Source: Cyanophora paradoxa CCMP329
Taxonomy: Eukaryota > Plantae > Glaucophyta
Assembly: GCA_004431415.1 (NCBI GenBank)
Contig: QPMI01000166.1
Location: 106,042 to 170,041, forward strand
Length of the DNA: 64,000 nucleotides
Direction: 5' to 3'
Each line of letters begins with the position of its first letter. Within the stretch, counting starts at the first letter, position 1. The notes under the pieces are model-generated. The model saw nothing but the letters and a program-made list of their open reading frames with translations, was not told the DNA's origin and did no database searches. Of this stretch, positions 10,672 to 22,946 are shown one piece after another. Made by a program: the position numbers and the translations under genes.

Positions 10672-13331
10672 ATGGCAGCCTTCGCTGTGCCGACCTGCGC
10701 AGTACAACAGCACAGGCCAATCTTTGACACCGGCGTGAGTTTGAAGGAGGCGGTCCGGACGATCAAGCGGACCGCTTTTCTGAACGGCCCGTCAGCCCGC
10801 CGCACGTTCTTCGGAGAGAAGTCGGTCACTCCGTCCAGCTCAAAGCAGGAATGGGGCGTCCGGAGACGCTTCCTCGTGGCCGCGGACGCCGACGCCCACC
10901 ACCGCTTCACCCAGTTGGACAACGCCGAGCCCGCGCCGATCCCCGGCGGAGCTGACTCTGAGATCGTCGTTACTGGGAGCGAGAGTGAGATCGCCGCGCA
11001 GCGCAGCAAATTCAATCTTGTGAGCCCCCCCGCTCCCGCCCTTTCTGGCGAACTCGCTCCGGCCACGCGGACGCGTCCTCGTCCCGTGATTGGTGTTTAG
11101 AATAGCACCTAACGCCGTGCCGTGTGCGGGCCGCCGCCAGGGGGCGCGTCCTGAGACAGCAAACTGACATAGGCCTCCCGCAGTGGCGGTACCGTGTCTT
11201 CGCTGGTCTTTGCCTCTCTTACATCGCCTCCTACCTTACCCGGTGAGTGCGGCAAGAGATGCGGCCCCGGCGGCGAGACCCTGCCGGATGCGCTCCCAGA
11301 TCGCCTCTCCGTCCTCTAACCGCAAGTGCCGTCCACAGCGGCTGCTTTACCTATGCCGCTCCTGTCCTTCGCTCGGAGGCCGGCGTCACGCTGGAGCAGA
11401 TCGGCGTCAGTGCGTCTAGATAACGCCGAAGCCTCTCGATCGCGGGATGCTCACCCGCTGCCCGCCCTTGCAGTTTCCAGTGTCTTCCCCGTTGCGCACG
11501 GCATCAGCAAGTTTGCCTCGGGCGTCATCGCCGACTCTCTGGATGCCCGCGTACGTTCCGTCCGGCTCTGCCTCGGACCTGGGAGCCGGCGTCCGCTTAT
11601 CCAGTGCGTCCTCAGTGGTTCCTTGCTGGCGTCATTGTCCTTTCTGGTCTCCTCAACGGTGAGCCGCCGTGGCACGTCCCACGTGCCGCCGCTGCTGACT
11701 GCCTGGCGCAGTCGCCTTCGCGATCCACCCGAGCGTCTCCTGGATGACGTGAGCCCGCGGCGTGTCTAAACGGGCTCGTTTTCTCTTCGCTGACGGCCGT
11801 TTCTTTCTTCTCCTTCTCTCCGATCAGTTTCGTCTGGGGTGAGCCTGCGGTTGAGCGCGCAGCGCCCGGCGCGCTTTGACGGGGCTCGCGTAGGCATCAC
11901 CGGCTGGATTAGCGCTGGATGCGTGCCCGCATCTGCTAAGATGATCACCGCGTGGGTGTGCCCCGGCGCCCTGGCGGCGCCGGCGACGCCGCGCGCTGAA
12001 AGCGCTGACGGCGCTGCAGTACACGAACAAGGAGCGTGGCACCTGGTGGGGCATCTGGAACTCGAACGCGTGCGCAGCGCGGGCCGCCCGCCCCCGCCCC
12101 CGCGCCGGGACCGGGGCCGACGCCGGGGGGCGGGGGCAGGAACATCGGCGGCTTCATCACGGCCCTCGTCGCCGGCACCGTCGCCGCCAAGTTCGGCTGG
12201 CGCATGGGCATGCAGATCCCTGGTGCGCCCGCGCCTCCCCGCAGCTCCGGCGGCCCCGCGCACGCTCTGACCGCCCCGCCAGGCATCATCGGCATCGTCA
12301 TGGGAGTCCTCTCCTGGATGCTCATCCGCTCGGATCCGGCGCAGGCCGGTGCGCGCCCCGTCCCCCGCCGCGCCCCCGCCCGAAGGCCCGTGCGGTGGCC
12401 GACGGGCGTGACCGGCAGGCCTGCCCTCGGCGGACGCGGTGCTGGGCGTGGCCCGCCCGGCGACCCCGAAGCCGGCGGCCAAGCAGCAGCCCGTGGCCGC
12501 CCCGGGCGCCGCCGCCGCCGCGAGCGCCGAGCCCGTGGAGTCGCAGCGGGACATCTTCGTGCGCGGGGCGGCCCTCTCTCGCACGCGCGGGGCGGGCGGC
12601 CTGACGCGGGGCGGCGGGCAGATCAAGTACGTGATCCTGAACCCGGCGGTGTGGATCCTGGCGGTGGAGTACCTGCTGCTCTACTTCGTCCGCCAGGGCC
12701 TCACCAACTGGTCCCACTTCTTCCTCATGGACACCAAGGGCCTCGACGCCGCCGAGGCCGCCGCCCGCGTCTCCAGGTCCCTCCCAGTCCCCCCTTCCCA
12801 TCCCCCTCCTTCCTTTTCCTGAGCGTGCGGGGCGGCGTGCAGCCGGGAGCTGGGCGGGCTCATCGGCAACCTGGCGTCGGGGGTGATCTCGGACAAGTTC
12901 TTCGGGGGCCGCCGCCCGCCCGTCATCGCGGCGTTCCTGGTGGGGATCCTGGGCTCGCTGGCGGCCTTCGTCAAGTTCTCGGGGATCTCGCGCGGGCTCG
13001 ACGTGGCGCTCGTGTTCCTGATGGGGATGATGCTGTACGGGCCGCACATGCTCATCGGCCTCTGCGGCGTCGAGATGGCCCACAAGAAGGCCGCCTCCTC
13101 CGCCATCGGCCTCCTCGGCCTCCTCTCCTACCTCGGCGCCGGCGTCGCGGGGGCGCCCCTCACCATGCTCGTCAAGCAGTACGGCTGGATCTCCTTCTTC
13201 CAGGTCCGCCCCTCTCCCCTTCCTTTCCTTCCTTTTGCTGCCACCCGACGCGGCCGGCGCAGGCGATGGCCGCCTCGTGCGTCGTCGCCCTCCTCGGCCT
13301 CATCCCCATCTGGAACCGCAAGGCCCAGTAG
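10672..13331 (+). CDS. uhpC: Plastid-targeted UhpC/GlpT-like organophosphate:Pi antiporter (MFS, OPA family)
   Basis: N-terminus MAAFAVP...RRTFFGEK (Phe-type transit peptide); SYIASYLTR, HGISKFASGVIAD, WYTNKERGTWWGIWN, YFVRQGLTNW, GVISDKFFGGRR, YGPHMLIGLCGVEMAHKKAASSAIGLLGLLSYLGA; stop TAG 13329-13331. Confidence 0.9.
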
Positions 13332-13740
13332 GCCGCCCGCGCCCCCCGGCGCCCGCCCGCCCCGCCCCAGCAAGCACCGTGCACCATTTCATCGCCCGGA
13401 CCGACCCATTTTCAAGCATTTCAGAGTTTCGTAGTCATCAGCGCAGATGGTCTTGTGGACGGGTAGCAGTCAGCCGCGCGGGATTCCCGCCCCTCCCGCG
13501 CACTTTCTCTCCATTTCACTCGAGACATTTACCGGGAGCTAGCGTCGTCGTCGCCGTTGTTCCTTTCACGCCCGTGCGCGCGCCACGCGCGCGCCGGCTC
13601 GCGCCCCGCGCAGCCGGCGCAGCGTCCGCGTGCGATGCCGCTATGTAGTCTAGCGTTAAAAGAGGCAGGTAGTAGTCCGCAGTGTCCGTATCCTATGCGA
13701 ATCCAAACAAGCTCTAGCTCTAGCCTAGTGAACGGTCGGC

Positions 13741-15586
13741 TCAGGCCTTGGGCGGGGGCGGCGGGGGCCGGAGCTTGAGGGGCCCGCCGGGCAGGGCGGG
13801 CCCGACCTCGAAGGAGATGAGGGCGCGGGAGGGGCTGTAGTCCGTCGCGTCCGGGCGGTAGCGCGTGTCCATGAAGAAGCTGATGTGCGAGGCCTGCCGC
13901 CGTCCCCGCACGCGTCACGGTCAACACTTGTGGCGGAGGCAGAGCTCCAGAGGGGCCGGGGCGCGGGGACCTGGAGGCCGAGCGCGGACTGCAGGTACGC
14001 CACGACCACCGACTCGAAGTAGTGCTGCCCGCGCCCCCGTCGATCAGCGAGGGGGCCGGGGAGGGGGCGCCCCGGCGCCAGTCACCTGCTCGAAGCCGAC
14101 CTCGGTGGCGGCGAGCCGCTCGGCCGAGCGGAGCGTGACGGGCTGCGCGCGCCCCCGGCCTCGGCCTCGGATCGGAGGGAAGCGCCCCCAGGGCCCCTCC
14201 CTCCCCTCCACGGACCCGGACGAGGGTAATCTCGAGGGCGGTGGAGGGCCCCTCCGCCGCCAGCGCCGCCTCGTCCACCCCCTCCGGCCTCCACCGCACC
14301 TGTCCCGGCCCGCTCGCCCCGCCCGAGGCTCCAGCACGCCCCGCCGCTCGCACCTCTGCGGCGCGCATGAAGCCGGCCCCCTGGAAGCGCTCCACGATCG
14401 CCGCGACGCCCCCCCGCGCGCTCGCTGCCGGCCCCGGCGGGGCGGCTCAGCCGGGCGGGGCGGCGGGGGAGCAGAGCTCTCGCGGGGGCGGGGCGCACGG
14501 GGGGAGGGGAGGGAGCCGGGGGGGAAGAGGCGCTGGAGGAGGATCTCGCCGACGCGCGCCGCGAACCGGTCCCGCGCGTCCGCGTCCTGAGCGCCGGGGT
14601 CGGGCCGCGCCCCCGCAGCCGCCGGGCCCCTGCCGGGGCGGGGGGGGCTCTGGGGCACCTGGAGGTAGCGGCAGGCGACCTTCCACTGGACGTAGGAGAG
14701 GAAGTCGAAGTAGGCGGGGTCGGCGAGGTCCACCCGCATCCCCGGCCGCTCCTCCGCGTACCGCTCGTACCGCGCCTGCGGCGGGCGCGACTCGGTCGGG
14801 GGCCTCGGCGGGCTCGGGCGGGGCCGGGGCGCACGGCGCGGGCGTTCCACGTCGCGGCCTGGAAGTCCTTCCGGGAGACGAGGCCCGTCTCCACCATCGC
14901 GTCGTACCCCCTGCGCGCCCGCGATCCGAGGCCCGAACGCAGCGACTCGCGAGAGTGAGAAGCTGCTCACGCGTTCATGAACGCCACCGCGAAGGGCAGG
15001 TCCAGCGGGCCCTCCGCCCCCGGGTCCGGCACCTCTGCGCGCGGCGTCACGAGGCTCGAAGCGCGCCGGCGCGTCGTAAGGCAGTTTAAAGGCGCGCTGG
15101 GAGGCCGCGGAGGCCCCGCGGCCGCATAGCGTCGCCGCGTGTCGCGGCGTGCGGGCGTACGTGCGTGTCACGGGGCCGACAGCACGAACCGGGCGGGGCT
15201 TCGGGGAGGCCGAAGTTGTCCAAAGCGGTGCCCATTCTCGAGTAGATCTGGCCAACGGCCTCCTCCGCCTCGCGGAACGAGACCAGCGCCAGGGGACAGA
15301 CGGACGCGAGGAACTGACGGCGCCCTCGCTCGGCTGAGGGGGCGCGTTGCGCGGACGGAGATTGCCTTGCGCGCGCATCCTCATCCTGCGGGCGCTGGCC
15401 GCCGCCGCCGACGGCCTGGACGAGCGTGAGCTCCCGCGGTGCACGTGCTCGGTGACGGCAGCCGGGACGTCGGCGGTCCATCGCGGCATTCTTCTCCACC
15501 GCCTCCCAGTCGCGTATTAGAGAGCTGCGCTCCAGACGCTGTGCCAAGAATCGGACCGCGCTGGCCGGGCATGCGACGAACTGCAT
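13741..15586 (-). CDS. Putative thylakoid protein with bipartite transit peptide plus twin-arginine signal; resembles an uncharacterised cyanobacterial/algal family
   Basis: MQFVACP... presequence, GRRQFLASVCPLALVSF motif, core LDLPFAVAFMNAGYDAM...DFQ...DLADPAYFDFLSYVQW, C-terminal FFMDTRYRPDATDYSPS...PPPPKA*. Family resemblance is from memory. Confidence 0.7.
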
Positions 15587-15708
15587 CTTCGCGTCCAAGT
15601 TATTTTCACTGGAATGCTCGAATCGCGTGCTACGCTATGCTCGACCGCGGGGCGGGGCGTGTACCCCTTTGCCGAGCGTATCGACTACCCCTGACGCGCC
15701 CCTTCGGA

Positions 15709-15802
15709 CCTGCAGTCACAATCCGCGAGAACTAGGGAGGCTGTTGGTCAGTTCAGGCCTGCAGTCACAATCCACGAGAACTAGGCAGGCTGTTGGTCAG
15801 TT
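15709..15802. repeat. Tandem direct duplication, 49-bp unit, about 2 copies, in a head-to-head intergenic gap
   Basis: CCTGCAGTCACAATCCGCGAGAACTAGGGAGGCTGTTGGTCAGTT (15709-) and CCTGCAGTCACAATCCACGAGAACTAGGCAGGCTGTTGGTCAGTT (15758-): 2 mismatches in 45 nt. Confidence 0.95.
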
Positions 15803-15816
15803 TAGCGCGGGCGAAT

Positions 15817-16048
15817 ATGGGCAATTGCTTCTCGGGAAAGGAGGAGGAGGAGCCAAAGCGGCCTGACCACAGCATACAGCCGGGGCGCGTCCTGCGTTCG
15901 TCCGCCTCGCCCCATCGCTCACCGCCCCACGCGCAGATCCCGCGAGCTCCTCCAGGCGCGCCTCGCTTTGGCGAAACAGCAGCAGCGAGAAGCCGCAGAA
16001 GCCGCCGCACAAAACGGCGGCAGCGCGGAGTCTAAACCCGCGCAATAG
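15817..16048 (+). CDS. 59-aa microprotein with N-terminal myristoylation/palmitoylation motif (SVIP-like layout); one GC-AG intron 15885-15936
   Basis: Spliced: MGNCFSGKEEEEPKRPDHSIQPGSRELLQARLALAKQQQREAAEAAAQNGGSAESKPAQ*. Intron GCGCGT...CTCAC...GCGCAG. Not present in this form in the ORF track. Confidence 0.7.
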
Positions 16049-16832
16049 GCGCATACGATATCGTGTCCTTGAGAGTAGTCAGGAATTGAGAGTTCAGCAT
16101 CAGATTCGTCCCGCCTCGCCGGGGGTCGCGCTATCTAAGCTTCAGGGGGCGTGGTTCCAGCAAGCTCCTGTCCGTTTCACGTTTCGAGGCGATGGTCCGA
16201 CCCTCTCACGCCTCTAGCTTAGCGCTAGCTTCGTCTTGGCCTGGTCGCTGGGCGGGAGCATGCGCACGAGCTTGCGGAGCTCACTGAGTCAAAGGGGAGA
16301 GAGCTAGAGTGGTCGTAGATGTGCCTGCTATGCAAAGCCCGCACGGACTATCTCGGAGGCAGCATGCATCAGCTGAAAATCGAAACCTTGTGATGCATCC
16401 GTGTCGATTCACGTGGCTAGCGGGCGCGGCACGGGCCTGTGCCGGGCCTGGCACTTCAAAGGCTTCTCAGGGCGCCAGCGCTAGCGTGCAAGAAGCTGGA
16501 TCTAGAGCCCGATCGCGAGCCACCAAACGCTTAACCACCGGGATTTATGGGCGGACTAACGCTTTACAGCTATGTATACAGCCTGGCAGGGGACCCACTG
16601 GGCCATGGAGTCATGCAGGCCTGCAGGCTGCAGCTGGCCCAAGCAAGGGAGGGAAATATGAAAAGCTCCGTGGTACACACTGGACGCCCAAATACAGATC
16701 CTGTCTCGTGCAGAGAGAGTAGAATGCTTAGTGATATGCGAGTACCGCTTAAGAGCCTCGGGAATGGGCAGTGGCCGCGAGAATAGGCTTTATAGCCGCG
16801 TGCAGGTCGAGGCCTCCGGGCCTGGGCCAGCG

Positions 16833-19800
16833 CTACTTCTTGCCGCCCTTGCCGCCGCCGCGGGAGGTGACGGGCGCGCCGGGCGACTGCGTGCCGGGCC
16901 CGCCGAGCTCGCTGGGCCGCCGCTTGCTGCCCGAGGCGTGGTCGGTGGGGGAGGGGAGCGGGTTCAGCGCCGCCTCCGCTGCGGCGAGCGCGGCGGCGGC
17001 CGCCTCCTCCTTGGCGCGCTGCAGCGCCTCCTCGCGCTGCCTCGCGATCGCCTCCCGCTGCTGCGCCCGGATCGCCTCCAGGCGCCTGCCCGGGCAGGCC
17101 GCCGTCAGGGAAGAGAGTGAGGGGGCGGGGCGGGACGGGGCTGGCGGACCGGGCGTGCTCCTCGCGGTCCTGCGCCTCCCGCTCGCGCTCCTCGACCTCG
17201 CTCGCCAGCCGCCCGCGCCGCCGCCCCGACGCCCGCGCCGCCAGCGCCGGCGACACCGCCAGGAACATCGGCGCCGCCCCGGCGCCGCCCCGCGGGGGCG
17301 AGCCCGGCGCGCCCCGTGCACGCTGTAGTAGGAGCCCGGGGCGGGGGTCTCGGGGGGAGGAAGCTCGAGTTGAACGAGGCGGGGCCCGGGGAGGGGAGCG
17401 CCCCGGCGCCGGGCCCCGCGCCAGCGCCGAGTAGGGCCGGCCCAGCGGCGAGGTCGCCCGCGGCGGAGGGGGTACGCCAGGTCCTCGGGAGGGCCCCGGG
17501 GCCGGCGCCGGCGCTCGAGCGCGCCGCCGCCGCGCGCGCCGCCTCCCCGCCCGCCAGTGCTCCTCCGCCGCCGCCGCCCGCTGCGCCGCGAGGAGAGGTG
17601 AGAAGGGGGGGGGGGGGGGGCAGAGGGGGGTACGGCGGGCCTTCTCCTCGAGCTGTTCGGCGACGCGGAGGGAGCGGAGGAGGCCGACGAGGCGGGTGGC
17701 CTTGGAGGCGAGGGGCGTCTCCCGCGCCTCCGAGAGCAGCGCCTGCGCGACGGGCAGCGCCGCGGGGGCCGTCGCCGGCCGCGCGCTCGCGTGCTGCGCC
17801 ATCGCCTGCAGGAAGGTCGCCGCGGGGCTCGCGGGGCGGGGCGGGCCCATCGCCGCCGCCGCCGCCCCGCCGGAGCCGGCGGCCCAGAGCGAGGCGGTGG
17901 AGGCCGCGTTGAGGTTCGTCGTGCTCGAGAGGCGCCGCACGCCGCCGCCCTCCTCGAGCTCCTCGTCCACCCCGGGGAGGGCGCGCGGGGCCCGCCGGCG
18001 CGGGGCCCGCCGGCGCGGGAGGCGGCGGCGGCGGCGGGGGCCTTGGCGAAGGCGTTGACGGCGGCGAGCTTGGTGAAGCTGTTCTGGCGGGAGCGGTTGG
18101 AGGAGGACTTGTCCGGCTGCAGGCCCCCGAGGCCCTTCTTCACCGAGCTCGCCGGCGAGGGCGACGCCGGCGCCAGCCGCTGCTGCGACCCCGAGCCTGC
18201 CCCGCCCTCAGCGCGGCCGGGCGGGCCGGGGCGGGGCGGGGCGGCGGAGCAGGGGGCGGACCCTTGAGGAGGGCTTCGGGCCCGGAGGGGACGGCGAGGA
18301 GGGCGCCGGGGCCCTCGGAGGGCACCACGGAGCTCCCCACGAAGCCGATCGCCCGCTTCTCCACCTGCCCCCCCGCCCGGCCGTCAGCGCGCCCTCCCGC
18401 ACAAGGCGACCGGCGCTCGGGCGCGCCTCGCGGACGGAGAGGGCGACGAGGTGCATCCACTCGTCCGCCCGCTTGGCTGCCCCGCCCCCGCCCGTGAGCC
18501 GGGGCGCCGAGCGAGGGCGGGCGGGCGGAGGAGGGCGGGGGCACCGAGGGTGAAGACGGAGGCCGGGGTCGTGGAGCGGCCGCTCGCGAGCGCCCGCGCC
18601 TCCTCGATCACCTGCGACATCGAGCTCTGCGGCGCCGCGTCACGGGCACGGCGGGGCGCGGGAGGGGGCGGGGCGGGGCGTGGCGCGCGTGGAGGTGGGC
18701 GGCGATGTCGCCGAGGCGGCCGAGGACGGCGTCCGACTGCGCCGCCGAGCGCCGCGCCGCCTCCGCCTCGGCGCGCGCCGCCTCGGCCGCCCTGCGCGCC
18801 TGCTCGGCCGCCTGGTGCGCCGCCTTGACCTCCCGCTCCGCCCGCGTCGCATCCTCCGCCGCCCGCTCCGCCTGCCGCTCCGCCGCTGCCCTCTGCCCCG
18901 CCGCCCCCGCAGGCCCTCGTCCCGCTGCGCGATCACCCCCTGCGCGCGCGCACGCCCGCCGCCCCGCGTCGCCTCGGCGCGGCTCGTGGCGTGGGGCCGG
19001 GGGGCGGGGCGGGGCACCTCGTAGTGGGCGGCGAGCTGGTCGCGCTGCCGCTTCTCGCCCTCGGCCTGCGCCCGCACCCGCGCCTCGAAGTCCGCCTGCA
19101 CGTCCTGCGCCCCCGCCTCGCCCCCGCGCCCCCGCCCCGCACGCGCCCCGGGCCGGCGGGGCGGACCTGGAGGCGGAGGCGGATGTCCGCCTCGAACTTG
19201 CGGCGCGCCTGCTCCGTCTTCGCGAGCTCCTCGGAGAGGGCCTTCTGGCGCCCCCGCCACACCCCGATCTTCTTGTCGAGCAGCAGCCGCGCCCGCTGCC
19301 GCTCCGCGTCGTTCGGCGCCATGTTGATGATCAGGTCCTCGGCCCACCCGACGATCTCCTCCATCTGGCGCCCCTGGCCCGCCACCGTCCCCTCCATCCC
19401 CGCGATCCGCGCGTTCGCCTCCGCCAGCGCCCTGCGCCCCGCCCGCGTGGGCCCTCCGCCGCCCGCTCGCCCCGGCTCGCCCGGCGGGGGCGGGCAGGGG
19501 GCGGACCAGGTGAGCTCGTCGCGCTTGCGCTCGGCGTCGCGGGCCTGCTGCTCGATGGCCTTGAGGGCCTCGACGTCGCCCTTGAGGCTCGCCGCCTCCC
19601 GCGCCGCCAGCGAGTGCGCCTCCCGCGTCCGCCGTGCGCCTCCTGCTCCGCCCGCAGCTGCCCCCGCGCCGCCGCCGCCTCGTCCTTCAGCCCCGCGATC
19701 CGCGCCTCCCGCTCCCCGCCCGCCGCGATGACCCGCTCGTGCGCCCGCTGCCGCATCTCGTCCACCGCCGCCGCCTTCGCCAGCGCCGCCACCGTGCGCT

Positions 19801-22640
19801 CCGCCAGTCCCGCATCGCCCCTTGAACTCGTCGTACCGCCGCCGCTCTGCCCCCGGCGGCTCGCGCGCGGGCGGGGAGCGGGGCGGGGGCGGGGCGGGGG
19901 CGGACCGGCGGCGGCGAGGGCGGCGCGCTCGCCGATGGTGTACTCGACGGCCTCGCAGAGGGCGGCGAGGTCCTCCTCGAGGGCCCGCACCGCCCCCGCC
20001 TTCTCCTCGCTCGCCTGCTTCGCCGCCGCCAGCGCCCCGCCTTCACGCTCAACGTCTTCTTCGAGCCCCCGTCCCCGGGGCCCGCCGCCGCGAGCGCCCC
20101 GGGGACCGGGCGGGGGCCTGCGGGGCGGAGGCGAGGACGGCGGCGGCGGCGGCCTCGGCGGCCTGCTCGCGGTAGTGGGCCAGGACCGCGCTGAAGGCCC
20201 GCACGAGCTCCCGCCGCGCCTCCTCGTTCTCCTGCGCCCGCCCCGCGGTCTGAGCCTCCCTCCCCCGCCGCGGGCGGGGGGGCGGGCGGACGGAGCGGGC
20301 GTCGAGGAAGGCGGCGAGCTCGTCCTCCAGCGCCGCCTCCTCCTGGAACACCGTCTGCCCCCGCGCCCCGCGTTCGGCGTTCGGCGTTCGTGTGATCGGG
20401 CGGGCGGGCGGGGCCGGGGGAGGTGCTGCGGGGGCACCTCGACGGCGCGGAGGCCGGCCTCGGCGGCGAGGCGGGCGCCGGCGAGGGCCCCGTACACCTC
20501 GTCCCCCGCCCGCAGCTCCCGCTCCGCCGCCTCCCGCCCCGCCTCCGCCCCCGCCGCCCCTCCGCCTCCGCCCGCGCCTGCGCCGCCGCCTCGTTCGCCG
20601 CCGCCTCCGCCCGCTGCCGCGCCGTCCGCTCCGCCTCCAGCTCGTACAGCGCCCGGTCCACCTGCCCCGCGCCCCCGCCCCTCAGCGGGGCCCCTCCTAG
20701 CGCGCCGGCGGGCGGGCGGGCGGGCGGGGCGGGCCTCCTTCTTGAGGCGGGCGATCTCGCCCTCGGTGTCGCCGCGGCCGGCGAGCTCGCGCTGGAGGTC
20801 CCCCTTGGCCTTCTCCGCGGCGGCGCGCGCCGCCTGCAGCTCCTGCGTGGCCCGCTCCAGCTCGGCGCGCCACGTCTCCCGCTCGGGCACCGGCTGCCGC
20901 GGGTCCCGCGCCCCGCGTCCATCATAGGCCCGCCCTGCGGCGCCGGGCCGGCGCGGGCCCAGGGGCGCGGGGGCCCGCCGCGGCGCAGGGCCTCGGGGTT
21001 GGTCGGGGGCGGCTCGTAGGGCCCGAGGCCGAGGTCTTTGAGGCGCGTCGGGTCGATCCCGTGCAGCTCCGCCTCCACCTGCCACACCCGCCCCGTCTCC
21101 AGCGCCCACAGCTCGCTCGTGCAGTACCCCGTCTGCCCCCGCCCCGCCCCGCGTCGGACCGCGCCCCGCCGCGCCGCGCCGCGCCCCTTCTGCAGGCACG
21201 CGCACGTCGTTGAGGCCGCCGAAGCAGTAGAGGGTCGCCCCGAGGGCCGCCAGCGAGTGGCCCGCCCGCCGGAAGGGGTACGTGTCCTCCCCGGGCAGCC
21301 GCGTCCACGTGTTCGTCACCGTGTTCAGCACGTACACGTCCTGGGCGAGCGGGGCGGGCCGCGTCGGCGGGTAGGCGGAGGCGGTGGAGGGTAGGGGGGT
21401 ACCGGGAGGATGTTGCGGAGGGCGTCGCGGCCGCCGACGACGTAGATGCGGGGCCCGATGGCGCAGACGGCGTGGTCCATGCGCGCCGCCGGCACGTCCG
21501 GGCCCGCCGGCGACAGCGACGTCCACTCCCACGCCTCTGCGCGGCACCCCGCTCCGCACGCGCCCCCCGCGCCCCCTGCCTCTTGCGGGGCGGGCGCACC
21601 GAGGTCGAGCACGTCGACGGTGAGCGTGTTGGGGCGCGAGCTCGGGCTCGAGCCGCCGAGGACGTACATCTGCCCCGGGCGGGCCGCTCAGCCCGCCGCG
21701 CGCCCCCTCCCCACCCCCGCCCCCCGCCCCCCGCACCTTGTTCCCCACGAGGGCCGAGGCGTGGCCGTGCGCGGCGGGGGGTACGGTGCCCTTCGTCGCC
21801 TGCTTGGTCCAGCGGAGCGTGGCGAGGTCGAGAACGAAGACGTCACGGCTGTACGTCACGGGGAGGCTCGCGCTGTGGCCCCCCCACGTCACCAGCTTTC
21901 CGTTCCACGCCACCCTGCGAGGGTATCGATTAAGCTTTGTGAGGCCCCCCGCCTGTTCGGGCTCGCACCCCGAGACGTGCAGCCGCGCGGGCGGGAAATC
22001 GCCGCTCATCTGCAGGGCGGGCCTTCAACAGCGCTGTACGGCGCCGCCGCAGGCGCGGGTGGGGCGGGCGCTCGCCTGGTGGTTCCTCCAGTCGGGGTGG
22101 TCCGTGTCCAGCCCGTGCAGCGCCCACAGGTCGACGTGGCACTCCCGGACCTCCTTGACGAAGTCGCCCTCCCCGCTGAACACGAACCTGCCGCCCGCGT
22201 CAGCGGCGCAGGCGCCGCGGCACGCGCCGGCGCTCGCATTTTGCCGCCATACACCCAGGACAAATGGTAGCAGCGACCCTGCGCGCGCCGCCAGCGAATC
22301 AGCCACGAGAGCAGCAACAGGCCGGGAGGGCCGATGGGGAGGCCCGGCAGCACCGGCGGGGGCAGATTGGTCTTCTTTAGCTGATTCCATTGCTTTGTCG
22401 TTGTGTCAAAGGCAGTCAGCACGTTCAGCCGGCCCTTGCTCGCGTTCAGGCCGCTGCGGGGCTGGGTTAGCTAGGCCAGTTTCGCGAGCTTGGGCAGCTG
22501 TCGGGTTGGGGGCCGAGTCACCCAAAGAGAAAGATGGCTTCATCGTATGCACAGAGCGATGTCCCCTCCGACCCAATGGGCTGATTCTTCGCGGACGCCT
22601 CCAGCTTCTGCCAGGCGGGGGCAGCCGCAGTTGATGCCAT
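16833..22640 (-). CDS. Kelch-repeat beta-propeller followed by long coiled coil and low-complexity tail
   Basis: PIGSEGTSLCAYDEAIFLFG, KLVTWGGHS...DVFVLDLATLRW, PPAAHGHASALVGNKMYVLGG, PAARMDHAVCAIGPRIYVVGG, RRAGHSLAALGATLYCFGG; then E/A/R/Q heptads; ends GGGKGGKK*. One gene assumed across the span. Confidence 0.8.
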
Positions 22641-22946
22641 GATTGCGGCCACTCCTGCTAGCTAAGCTGCCCCTGACAGGGCGGGCTCTGGACCGGCTGG
22701 TGCCCGGTCGGTGCTCGACGTTCCGACGGCAAGGGGGCTGGTCGAGGTGCGCTAGGCACGCGCTGTTAAGGTGCTGCTAGTTGTTGGGACGCTCAGCGGG
22801 TTGCCTGGCGCTCAGCCGGGAAACAAGCCGCCTCCCTTTCTGGGCTCTCAAGTTGTACCCCCACCTGAACCCATCTTCCTTGCAATTGCAACGCGCCGCT
22901 GCCGACTCAGTGTCGAGACCTACATACACTCAGAAAGCGGCTTCGA

